From Sarea resinae (Eukaryota), in the NCBI GenBank assembly GCA_026026165.1, contig JAPEUD010000041.1, positions 1-64,000 of the forward strand: 64,000 nucleotides of DNA. The letters run 5' to 3'. The first letter of the stretch is position 1. Each line of letters begins with the position of its first letter. Of this stretch, positions 49,454-61,274 are shown one piece after another. The position numbers were made by a program, and so were the translations under genes. Under the pieces are notes generated by a model that was not told where the DNA came from, did no database searches, and saw nothing but the letters and a program-made list of their open reading frames with translations.

Positions 49454-52330
49454 TCACGGCCCTTTCACAGGCGCCGCTGCTTCCTGGCCCAGGACAAACG
49501 TCTCTTTCTGCTGGTCCTCCTCGTCCCGCAATGCCCGCCATTCTTTCCCCTTGGCGCTCAGCTCCCTCATGCGCCTCAGATAATAGTTCTTTGCTATGTC
49601 GACGCCATCGTCCTCTTGGTTGTCGAGCCGGAGCTTCCTCCGATTCTGACAGGCGGCGTACAAGCTCCACGCACGACTTTGCGTCGGAATCTCAGCTAGG
49701 GCGTACTCGACCGACCACTTGTCTTGCGGGGAGAGATCCTCGGGCCGGAGCACGTATTGCCCGTTGACTTTGTTGCGCACGGTGAGGATCATGCCGAGAA
49801 GGCGACGATCCGGCTCCTGTGGGACGGCGGATTGGTGTTCTTCGGTAACCTGGTCGAGGAAGTCTTTGTCACCGTCTTTGTCGCCGCGTTGGGCATCGAG
49901 TTTGTCTTGATCTGCGACGATCTCTCCGGACTCGATGACTTTGCCATCTGTCTCTTCTATTTCATCCTCCTCATCATCATCATCATCCTCCTCCTCCTCA
50001 TCTACGTCTTCCTCGTCTTCCTCTTCTTCTTCATCCTCCTCATCATCGTTTTCAGCGTCATCGGCGGCAGTGACAGTCGTCTGATCAGATTTGACCTTAG
50101 GCTCTGTACTGTCGGGTCCTGGCGTAGGCGGGCCGTCTCCAGGGCCCATAGATGAACCGCCTGTACTGGTGGGCGGCTCCTCGATGGAATCCTCCGACGA
50201 GACTTCGTCTTTAGAGACTTCCTCTTCCACTTTTGACTGAATGTCATCCCACTCGGCTTTAGCCTGACTCTTTTCTTCCGTCGTATCTGCTGCGGCTTCT
50301 TCGCCGCTTCGCTTGAGCCCCAGAACATTACGCTCGAACTCCCTGACCGCCTCTTGGTTGGAACTCTGTATCTCGTCGGCCTGTTCTTCCGTGACCGGTT
50401 CCGCGAAAATATACATAAAAGGGGTTTGCGCTTCTCGAGTCTCAAAGTGAAGTCGCAAAGACTATTGAAGATCAGCATAATCCGGACAAAAAGATGCCCT
50501 GGAGACTCACTTGTTCGGGGTACTGTTTCGTCGCTCGCTCGAGGACCCGATTCAACATATCAACGCTCAATTTGAATTCCTGGTCTCCAACAACAGTCGT
50601 CGCCTGCCCGTGTATTGCGTTGTCCATCTCAGGCAAGCTTATATATTGGAAACCGAATATGCGTTCAGTGTTATGGAAGGCAACGAAGATGCCATCCATT
50701 CTCCCCATCCGCACTTGAAGCGAGTACTTCAGGAACGCCGATCGAATCATGTCAAAGTATTCCCGCTCAAAAGATTCATACTCCCCGTGGGAAGTCCGAA
50801 TTTGATAGTGCCGGCCGTGCTCGTAATTCTTTGCATCCATACGAACAGTAATGACGGCTCTGGTTTTCAGATCAAACATTCCAGTCCCTGGCAGGCGTTC
50901 ATCGTGAGCGTCTAGTTGAGAGCGCATTAGGAAGTCACCCATGGTAGAATAATGAAAGCTCTCTGGTGCCTCCTGTTCCTCCTGCGAAATGCCGTCCGGA
51001 TGTGATACCCGATAACGCTCATACTCGTCTTTTGAGAGTGTAAGCAGCTTCTCCATCGACTTTCCAAGCATGCTCAGGATATTTGCGCTGTCGAAGGCCT
51101 TATCGGCATCAACGGCGTAAGTTCCATCCTTCCACCGCAAAAAGATGGCAGACGGCGCTCGCTGCAACTGAGTGAAACTTCGAAGTTTATCAGGGAATCC
51201 TTGAGATATCATGCTAGTATTGATCGAGCGCCACTGTGAGAGGAGGAAGTGAAAGTGTGCAAGTGCCGCCGTCATACTCGAGGTAGATCCAACGTATTTT
51301 TTCCCCTGCTCCGTTGCTATCCGCCGAAGAGCTTCGTCCTTGGAGGATGTTATGTACTCCTTGAGGGCATCGAAATCAAATTCTGCTACCGGCATAATCT
51401 TTTGCAGATAAGGATCGAAATTGAAAACGCGTGACCTTGGATCTTGTAGATGGTACACTCCGGGACTGGGCAGTCTTGTAAGCCTTGAATGCCTTGAACT
51501 GGGGAAGTAGCAAAGCTTACTTGAAAAGAACCCTTTCCAACCCATATGAAAGGCTTGGGACAGGCGGTTGCTCAATCGGAATAGCTACAAGGTAATTAGC
51601 ACGAAGACACTCAAGTGGGGGTAGAGTAGGCGTACCTTTTATTTCAAGATTTTCAGCCTCGACTGTCTGTATATCAGGCCTTGTTGTACCCGAGATGGGC
51701 GATTTTCGGGCAGGGGCTTTCTGGTTCATGCCCTCTTTCAATGACATAGAGATCGCCCCTGGTACTCCACCTGGAGGATCACGGGCGAACTGCTTCCTAA
51801 TTGGTACATCTCCAGTTTCGTTCGGAGCAGGTTTCTGATCTCCATCTTTGCGCTTCCGCCGTACTGTCTTCGGGCGAGTCAGCTATATCAGATTCGGATG
51901 ACGTTCATATTCGGGAACCCACTTTATTCTCGCCAGCTTTTGCCTTTCCACCCCTTCTGCTTCTTCTCTTTGCCTTGTCTTGATCCTGTAAAGATTTCTT
52001 CTGCGCCTTGATAACAGACTCTAGGGCTGATAATAGCGCGGAGTTGTCGTGCTTTTTCTTCCCTTTGGAAGACTTTTCAGGCGGCTCGCCCGCGTCACTA
52101 GAGCTCTTGGAAGCGCCCTGAGAGTCCGACTCCGTCTGATCTTTCTCGTCTTTGGCATTGGAGGCTTCATTGGGCCGATTCCGGGTCGCGTCTTCAGCCT
52201 CGGTGGGCGAGGCGGTGTTGCTTGCCTGACGGACGCGCGACACTACAGGATTGGCGGATCTCCGAATGCTGCACGAGAGGCAAACATAGTTGCATCTCGT
52301 CGACCCGCCTCTCAGCGTACGGGCGAACAT
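49454..52330 (-). CDS. pet127: Mitochondrial RNA 5'-processing protein Pet127, multi-exon
   Basis: VPSLSYGLERVLF|..PGVYHLQDPRSRVFNFDP, MRSQLDAHD..GMFDLKTRA, LQVRMGRMDGIFVAFHN; N-terminus resembles a mitochondrial presequence. Confidence 0.93.
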
Positions 52331-52940
52331 GGAGAAGCTATTCTGCCTTTCGAATGATCGATAAAGCGAAATATACCGGAGTAGGACGAGACGAAAAGGC
52401 AAGGAGATCAAGCAGAGGAGAAATTATTAAGGCTTCGAGTACCGGTACCTGTCTACACGCGATGACCGTGCTGATCTTGCCTGCATGTCAGGTATCCTGG
52501 GGGTACTCCAAAGTACTCGGTCTAAAGCGAGAGTAGTTTAGCGCTGGGAGACTTTTGGCGCGACGAGCGAACAAAACTGGAGGAGGACAACAAGCATCCG
52601 TCTCCAATATCCAGGATCAGCAAAACAGAAACGAACATATTGCCCTCTTCATATGAGTGTCTATTATAGGTAGTCATGAAGAGCTTTGGCGCATACCAAT
52701 ATATGCATACCGCCTCGCTGTACGAGGGTAAGAAGACAATTACTGGCCACGAGCTCTGAAATCAATTGGAGCATATCCGATTAGATTAGACTGTAAGGGT
52801 CAGATATGATATGACTGTATGAGATTAGATTAGATTTATCACCCACCGCAATCAAGATCTCGCTACGCAGAAACAATTCCATTATCACGATCGAAACCCA
52901 TCGCAAGAAAACACCATCGGCATCGGTCGTCGCAACCATC

Positions 52941-53838
52941 ATGGCGCCCACTAAACCCTCCTCAAAATCGTCCTTCAAATCCGGCAACAAGTCATCCTCA
53001 TCCTCCACCAAAGGTGGCCGCATCTCCAAATCCTCCAGCTCCGGCAGTAAATCTAGCTCGCACAGCAGCAGCTCCAAATCCAAGGGCCCACCACGTCCCC
53101 CACCTAAACAGCAGAAGACCAAACCCTCGCATCCGGGCGCATTGAGCAAGAATGGCAAGCAGAAGAAGAAGAAAGTGTATACGGCCGAGGAACTGGGGGT
53201 GCCCGTTCTGAATGCGATTACGCCCGTCGGGGTTACGGTGCCGAAGGGGAAGAAGAAGGGAGGCAAGGTCTTTGTCGATGATAGGGAGTCTATGATGACG
53301 ATCCTGGCTATGGTAAATGCGGAGAAGGAGGGTGAGGTCGAGAGTAAGATGATGAGAGCGGTATGTTGCTTCTCGTCCTGGGGAGTACGGGGTTTGGCAT
53401 TTTCGAGAGCTGCGACTGATGAGTGTGCTGTGTGATAGAGACAACTAGAGGAGATTCGAGAGGCGAGGAAGAAGGAGGCTGAGAAGAGACAGGATGTTAA
53501 GAGGTCGAAACTAGTATGTGCTTTTCTCATCCCCCACGTCTCATCCCTGCCCATTTTCATTTCCCAATCACAATTTTCTTTCCGCTTTGCCTTTCCCCGG
53601 TTTTCATTTCCCCTCTCCGCCAGTTTTCCACCCTCGTACTCCTTACACACAACCGAACCTGCTCCCACAATGGATCATCATGCTGAATATGGTCCCCCTC
53701 CAGGAAGAAACCAAAGAGTCAATCCGCAAGCAACGCAAGCGTCGAAGTGGTCACGGTGGTGCCGATGATGTCGATGGTGATAGCGGGGCCAAGGAATCTA
53801 CCCCTAAGTCAGCGAAGAAGAAGGTGGCATTTGCCTGA
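52941..53838 (+). CDS. loc1: 60S ribosomal subunit assembly/export protein Loc1, 3 exons
   Basis: [53 protein letters not shown]..|EETKESIRK. Confidence 0.9.
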
Positions 53839-54138
53839 TTCCTTCCATCTGTTAGTCACGAGTGATGATACTTTTTCAAATGGCATGGTTGTTTGGGTCT
53901 CTAAGTTTGTTGTATGCATCATCATACGGCGTTTTGTTGTTCTTCAACGCCCTTTTGCTGTCTCCTTTTTCTGTCTGCCTCCTTGCTGGCCTCTGGTCTC
54001 TGGTTTCTGCTTTCTGTACTGTATTTCAGCTAGGTCTAATGCCTCTATATATATCCCCTCAAAATGCTCGTAGCTCTGTGCAATCTATAATGCTATACAT
54101 CAACGGCATCCTGCCTCCCTCACCACGTCTCCTGAATC

Positions 54139-56067
54139 TCACTCATCGGCATCGTGTAATTTCCGCCTCATGGGACTGAAGCGGCGTCTTGCCAAGCCCT
54201 TCTTCATCGCAACCCCGTCATTATCAGCATTATCAACACCCGTTTCCGAGTTGATTTCGATATCTGTGTTCATATCGTAACGGACCGCCCATTCCGGTTC
54301 CACGATTTCTGCTCTGCTCATCGCTTCCCAATCTACTGTTTTCGCCAGGGTGTTCAAGAAATTGACCGCCTGAGTTTCTCTTAATTAGTCATCGGAAAAA
54401 TTTGGGAAAGCGCGGTTTGTGTGTTGTTTTGGGCGGAAGAGACGAGGAGAAGGACGGGAAGGGGTGGGGGGAGAGATAGAAAAGGGAGGCTAAAGGTCCC
54501 TAGAGGATAGAAAAGATGGATGAAAGCGCTAGAGTACGGGAAAGGGTGCAGGGGAACTATGGCGTTGACTTACTGGCCTAGCAAACCATCTCCCTCCCCC
54601 TGGCTCGAACCACGAGAGATGCCCACCCGTCGACGTCGCGCAGAGTACCGTGTAGGGGTTTTGTTTTATCTCTTCATAGGGGACGCCTTCATCGACGGCG
54701 ATCTATGAAATGCGTGTGCCGTGTCAGTCCATTGCCGGCTTGTGATATTATAGTAGAGAAGAGACGGTGGAAGAGAAGAATGAGTAGATAGAGAGAAAGT
54801 AAGAAATTTCAAGGATTTGAAGGAAAAGGGAGGTTACCGGATCGTCGATGGCATGGATGGCAAACAATGGGATTCGAACGTTGAGCACGGAGTCGCTGGA
54901 CGAGGCATCCCGATAATAGGCCCCTTCCGTGGGGTAGCCCCATGTTGGGCCCTGAAGTGCTCTAAACAAAACGCACATCGTCAGCAACTTGGAGTAGTCA
55001 TGAAGCCGGGAGCATTAAATTGCGAGAAGGGAAGTGCAAGCCTTGGATTAAAGGGTTGGAGTTTGGGGCATGTTCTCACCGGTCAAATTCGTGCAAATAT
55101 TTAATCCCCATCACTTTCGCTATATCGACTCGTGGGTTCTTCGATACCGCTTCAATGTGGTTCTCGAATAGCCGCTTCATGCTTGTGCCCATCGTTTTCG
55201 AATATACTTCCAAGCCGAGCCACGTCCGTTGGAGTGCTAGTGAGCTTACTTCTAGATTCCACGGGTTCGAGCACACTACTGCTGCTTTCAGGACGCACTG
55301 GGGCCCTTCTTCGCCCAGGTACTAGATCCAAAGTCTCTATGAGCATTTGTGTTTTCTTGTGACTGTTCTTCTGAATTTTTACGTACATTAACTAAAATGT
55401 TCGCGCCCAATGAGTACCCAATTGCAAACAATGGCCGGTTTGGATATGCTTCCCGTAGCCATCGCACTGTCTGTCGCATATCCCATGTTGCACGCGCGTT
55501 ATACAGCACCGGCGTTGTGATTTTCGACATGGCGCATCCGCGCGAATTGACCACGCACGCTTCCCAGCCGCCTTCCTCGGTCACTAAAGGCGCTAGGACG
55601 TGGCGGAGGTAGATCTCGTGGGAGCCGCCACTGAGGCCGTGGAGAGAAACCAGCATTGGCCTTGTGTCATCTGAGGAGAGGGAGGAGAGTTCTAGAGGGG
55701 TGAAATAGCTTGTTCGGGGTGGCAGGGTGGGGTCAGGTGTTGATTTCGAAGAGCTGGATGAGGATGGGGCGGGGACGACAAAATCGACGGCAAATGTGCC
55801 CGCGTACGTAGAGTCTTCAGCCGTGAAGAGCTTGCGTTTGTAGTGGATCGGAATATCGTCGCCGGTTCTCAGGGCCGTCCAGGCTGTCTGCAGGTGGCCG
55901 TTAAAGAGGAGCGGGTTGAGGTTGCAGGGAGGTGTTATGGATTCGCAAAGTTCGGAGAGCGTTTGGCTGGTAGAGGCTTGTGAGGAGGGTAGCAGAGGGA
56001 GGGATACGGAGTTAGTGGCATGGTGGAAAGAGGTTCTGGCGCGGCCGAGGAGCCAAGAGATATCCAT
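54139..56067 (-). CDS. Alpha/beta hydrolase, Eht1/Eeb1/Mgl2 family, 5 exons
   Basis: LFNGHLQT, LHGLSGGSHE, NSRGCA, nucleophile GYSLG, HAIDDP and GGHLSWF catalytic triad motifs. Confidence 0.93.
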
Positions 56068-56367
56068 TGACGAGTTCGTAAGGCTGAAATGCGCTGCTGG
56101 AAAAGAAATGCGATGCGTGTATCAATGGTCTGAACGATGGTGATGCTGTGCTGTCCATCGATGCCGGGGTTGGACCTCGGCGCGGCGCTAATGGCGGCAA
56201 TCGCCCGTTGCGATCGTCTTTGATCGACCGCCAGCGGATGCGCGCCTCTACTCCAGAGTACTCGTGCTCACGACGTCAACGCCAGATGCGAAGTCGATTC
56301 GATAGGCATTCCACCATATCCAGGATCCTCGCCGAGCATCTCCAATGTTCAGTTGACGGTGCATAGG

Positions 56368-59276
56368 ATGGCATATCCATTGCATCCGGCCGCCAGCAAT
56401 GGTGGCTACTCCCCCGTGAATGGCCAGGCACAACCCATTCATTACCAGCCACGACCAGGTCCACCCGCATCGCCCGCTGCTCTTCAACGCCAACTGGAAG
56501 CTCAAGGCATGATGATTGCCCAGCCGCAACTGCAACAGCTGTATCCTCAGCCGTTGACCCCGCAGCAACCGCAATACTACAACCAGGCCGCATTTCAACC
56601 CCAGTATGACAACGTACCTCCCATACACTTTGCGCCCTCTCCTCTCGAGTACCAACAATTTCAACACCAGCATCAATCTCAGAACCAGAGTGTGAGCCAG
56701 CAGCAGCAGCAGCAGCAGCAACAACAACAATTCCAATACAATTACCAATACCCACCGGAGCTCCAGCTACCGAATCAACAATTGGGTTCTCCGGGTCAAA
56801 GCCCTACGCTGCTTGGCCCTAATATCCCCAGTCCAATCATGTCACCACAGCCACATACCCAGTACAACCAGCAGCCATCATACTCCCCACGCAGGATGCT
56901 CGCAGTGGAGATTCCCGCTCGAGCACTTCAACAATCTCCAGCGCCCGTATCGCGGCGGGCGCCAGTGTCGGCTCCTTCACCTGCTTCGACTCCTGCTACT
57001 GCTGCGGCGCGAACTCCGACTGCTCCCTCTCCTGTTCCAAAATCGACTAAAAGACAATCGTCCTCTTCAAAGGCCGCAGAGCTCTCTACAGCCGCGAATC
57101 ATGCTGCCGCTCCGTTGGATTACCAGCTGCTATTGCTTTCGTTAGCGGAGGAGTACTTCGATGCAGCTCATAGACAAGGATCTGTGGTAGCTCTTGCTAA
57201 GCGGTCCATGCAGATGGATGACTATTATAAACTAATCGCCACTGGACTTTCGTGTCTGGAGATTGCCTTGAAGGTCAGAGATGGTTCATTCAAGGTCGCT
57301 GTGCGAAGTGCTGAAAACATGATAGAAATGGAGAATGCAACCACGGATGGAGGCCATTGCCCGACTTAGATATGCCAGTGTGTTATACGAGGAGACAGAT
57401 AATGACGGCGAAGCTGAGATGACGCTGAGCAAAGGCGTAAGTGAACCCTTTGCTCTTTTGACGTCCCTCTACTGACCTTTATCCAGATAACATTGTGTGA
57501 AAGGGTACATGTTGCAACATCCACCGTTTTTCTTTCACTGACAGAAGTATTAGTATCGAATGGCGGATCTTAAATATAGTATGCAACATCTACTTGTAAG
57601 GCTACTCTTCAAGTCGAATCCGAGGGCGGCCATGAGATTGGTGGACAGTGTGATCAGCGATGCCGAAGCGTACGTCTTGATATTCCATGCTAGTAGCCTG
57701 TACTCATCCTAACGATCACAGATTAAAACACGTTTCATGGATCTACGCGTTTCGATTCCTACGAGTGTCCCTTTCGATTGAGTCTACTTCACACCAAGAG
57801 GTTCTTACTGCATTTCAACATCTCCGAGCAATATCAGGAAAAGCTAGAGAACGGGGAGAGTCGGCTGTCTTCGTTCTGTGTGCTGTTCTAGAGGCTATAG
57901 GACATCTCAGATCTCCCGCCGGCGACTCCATCGAGCAGGCCCAACGCGCTTTAGCTGCAGCCAGAAGCCAGCAACTGGATGAAGTCACCAAAAGCCTGCC
58001 ACAGATTGTGGCCATAACACACTTTCTTGACGTATCTTGTAGTCTAGAGGAGGCAAATACAACGCAAGCGACAAACAAATTAGCTGCCATGCAGACGATG
58101 CTCGACCAGGCGAGCCCCGACGTTCACTGGGGTGATGGCGGCTCCTTTTCCGTCCCTTTGAAGCAGCGAGCGAGCCCTAACGTGGCAAGTGATGCTGGGG
58201 GAGTCTTACAGAAGTCCGATGACGGTCAAGACATGCTTGCCTTCAGCTGGCTACCGAAGAATGATGTCTTTGCGTTAGGATATTTCCTCAGCGGCGTGAC
58301 GATGAGTTATCGGAATTCCACAGATGGGCAGAAGGCGGAAAAGTACCTCCTGGAAGGGCTGAGAATCGTGAAAGGTGAATACGTTTGGTCCCAGAACCGG
58401 CCCTAGGGACTTAGCTAATGAGGATTTGCAGGTGCCTATCCTTCTTCTGACATCAGCTCGTCTTCTTTATCGTCGGCCATGTTCCAGCTATCCTGGCGCA
58501 AAAGGCTGGCCTGTTACTTGCACCTGCATCTCACATTGCTTCTTTGTGCGCGTACCGACTGGACAGCAGCCAGCAATTCTTTCAAGAATCTTCAAGAAGC
58601 TGTCCGCGACCTTGGATCCGAAGTCCCGGAACCTCTGCATACTATGACCATGTACATCACAGGTGTCCTTCACCAAGGTACGGGCGACACCTCTGCTGCC
58701 CTCAACATCTTTCGACATCCATCTCTAGCGCTTCCCGAAACCACATGCCCATTCTTTCGACTACGCCGCGACATTCACATCCTTGCCACCCTCAACACGG
58801 TATTTCTCGTCGTCGATCCCTCACACCCACAACACGACCTGGTTGAGACACTACTCTCCAACATCGAACCGCTGTGCACGTCGCATCCAAACGAAAACAT
58901 CCAATCCGCATTCTCGCTCGCGAAAGCAAGCGCGCTTTCCAACAGCTCGACCGTGAAACTAAAACATTACCTGCAACACGCCATCCGCATCGCCAAGAAA
59001 GTGGCAAACTCGCAGATCACCTGCATCGTCATCAACTTCATGGCCTGGAAGTTCTTCCGCGGCGTCGTGGGCGAACAGGCCGAGAAGAGCGCGCGTGCCG
59101 GCTTGGCCCTGGCGAAGAAGGACGCTAATAGTCTCTGGATCAGCGTCGCGGACGGCATTCTGGCCGAGACCTTACAGGTGCAGAGTAAGACGGCAGAGGC
59201 GCAGTCGGTGCGGACTGAGGCTGTCAGATTGGCCGAGGGGTTCCCTCCAGCGTTGCACAGGACGAGCGAGCAGTGA
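56368..59276 (+). CDS. Cohesin loader subunit Scc4/Ssl3/MAU2 family, multi-exon, with Q/P-rich N-terminus
   Basis: DYQLLLLSLAEEYFDAA..YYKLIATGLSCLE|..EAIARLRYASVLYEET..LSKG|ITLCER|..DLKYSMQHLL..|WIYAFRFLR; C-terminal FFRGVVGEQAEKSARA. Confidence 0.85.
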
Positions 59277-60635
59277 CCTTGTTGTCTCAAGGGCATGTCT
59301 TCTGGGAATGCCGTCCTAGGTCTTCGTATCTTACGGGAGGTCTCGAATCACTTTTTTTTCCGCTTTGCATATAGGCCCAGCTTCCTTTCTCAGTGTAAGA
59401 TCCTGTGTGCTTTTGCAGTTCGCCCTTTATCGCTCCCGGAAGTGAGCCCCGGTGTCTAACTTTGCCACGTCTACTTCGGTTTCATAGCATGCATCTGAGA
59501 GGAGCTTGTCCAGTAAACCTATTCATCCTCCATCATCACCTTCTTGCCTGTATCATCTCTTTTCCGTTCCCTCAATCATCTATTTCCAGGTCTGCTCTCC
59601 TTCGCTGTGTTTTCACTTCTGGGTCAGGTACGTGGCAGCGGCGTCGACGGTGGCGAAGGCGGTGGCAGTATACCAACTTGCTTTTTTTCTGCATGTCCGA
59701 ATACAGGCAAGGCGTTCAGACGGGCTACGGTGCATCCATCCTAGGAAGTCCAATACTATACTATAGTACCATCTCCTCTACCGGCTACCTCGATCCTCGC
59801 TTTGTTACAAAGCTGGTCGATTAATAAATGAGCGGCCTCTTTTTTTTGTTCCTTTTTTTTTTTTGCAGGAGTGATCAGAGATACGTGTTTGGATGCCGTT
59901 CAATAGAGCTTGGGACACGATCGGCTGAGGTATGCTAGGTCTCTTCTCGAGCTGGTTCGAGAACACGTAGGGTAGGTGCCCGTGTGTGGTGGTGTTTTGT
60001 TTCCTTTTAGGCACATCAACCTTGATAAAGCAAACTTACCTGACTTGGCTAAGTATCACTGGTTGAAAAGGAGTAAAGTACATAATGTAGATAGGTGGCT
60101 AGGTTAAAGATCTTACTGAATCAAATAGCTTATTCTATCGATTTGATGGTAATCATATAAGGAGTATATCTCCAATACTTTGTCAATGTACTAAAGGATT
60201 TTAGATATGCAAGGAAGATATTTGTAACAGCTACCTGATTTTAGGGTTTTAGACAGTCGAATCGCTAGAATCTGGAAGGAAATCTAGAAGCTTATGGCTG
60301 AGATTTATAGGGTGTAGATAGACAGGGCTATGTTTATAGTGTTGTCCGGATTAAGTTGGGGACGGGGTTGTAGTATAGGGGGTGGTGGTAGATAAGTAGG
60401 TGGGAAACAGAGGTGCGGTGATTTGACGTTTGAGATTTGAGATTTATAGCGGACAGCTTGAGAGATGTGTGGTTTCAAGGATATGGTCTACTATGTGATG
60501 AAGTGAGTAGCTAGCTATTCTGTGGGTTTCTGGGCCGGCAGAGGGGCGGGGATCTGATAAATCGAGTGGACGCTCCTAGTGAAAACACTGGCCGTGGCAC
60601 TTTTTGACCGATTGATAAAACAACAACAGAAGAAA

Positions 60636-61274
60636 CTAGACAGTATTGATCCATTTCGGCCTCATTCTTTCCCATCTTTTCAGCAAACCCCGCTCCGCCA
60701 GATATCCCGCAGGCATCTGCAGACCAGAGATGACGCCATAGCGATTCGGGAACTCGCACTCGCGCTCAAAGACGCACGCGGACCTGGACTGCTCGGAGAA
60801 AAACTCGCGCCGCTGGTGGCCCTTGCACGCAAAACAATAGATCCATTTCTGGTCGTCGTCGGGCCGATGGAACCGTTGGAGAAGCGCGACTTTGGAGTGG
60901 TGTTGTTCGATCTCGCGGTGCGCGGTCCGGCAGATGCGGAGTCCGGCTTGTTTGAGTTGTTCCGTCGAGTCGTAGCGGTCGGCCGCGTGGGACTCGAGAC
61001 AGAACGCGCAGTACAGCTGCGTCTTGTCGGTGCGTGCCTGTGTTTCCATGAACCGACGCAGGGAGGCACGCTCGCTCCAGTCGATGTCGAGGCCCTTCCT
61101 CACGGCGCGCAGGAGGCGCGCGTAGTCGGTGTTGAGGTAGAAATGTCGGCTGGTTTGGCGGAAGAAGAGCATGTTGCTTGGCGACAGGAGGCGCAGTATC
61201 AGGTGTAGTATTTCGGGAGGAAGCTTGTGGAATGGGGATTCCTGGATCGGGTTTTCACAGGCGTCCGGGGCCAT
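60636..61274 (-). CDS. F-box protein with Cys/His-rich C-terminus, intronless
   Basis: SPFHKLPPEILHLILRLLS..LFFRQTSRHFY (F-box), followed by CxxCxxxH motifs. Confidence 0.8.
   Translation of the reverse strand: MAPDACENPIQESPFHKLPPEILHLILRLLSPSNMLFFRQTSRHFYLNTDYARLLRAVRKGLDIDWSERASLRRFMETQARTDKTQLYCAFCLESHAADRYDSTEQLKQAGLRICRTAHREIEQHHSKVALLQRFHRPDDDQKWIYCFACKGHQRREFFSEQSRSACVFERECEFPNRYGVISGLQMPAGYLAERGLLKRWERMRPKWINTV

Noticed and set aside
52781..53668. 295-aa antisense ORF and other long shadow ORFs (e.g. 810-1376, 60579-61208)
   Set aside because: They are antisense to well-supported genes and expected in GC-rich coding DNA.
60033..60060. ACTTACCTG resembling the U1 snRNA 5' end
   Set aside because: No U1-70K loop, ATTGCAC loop or Sm site follows.
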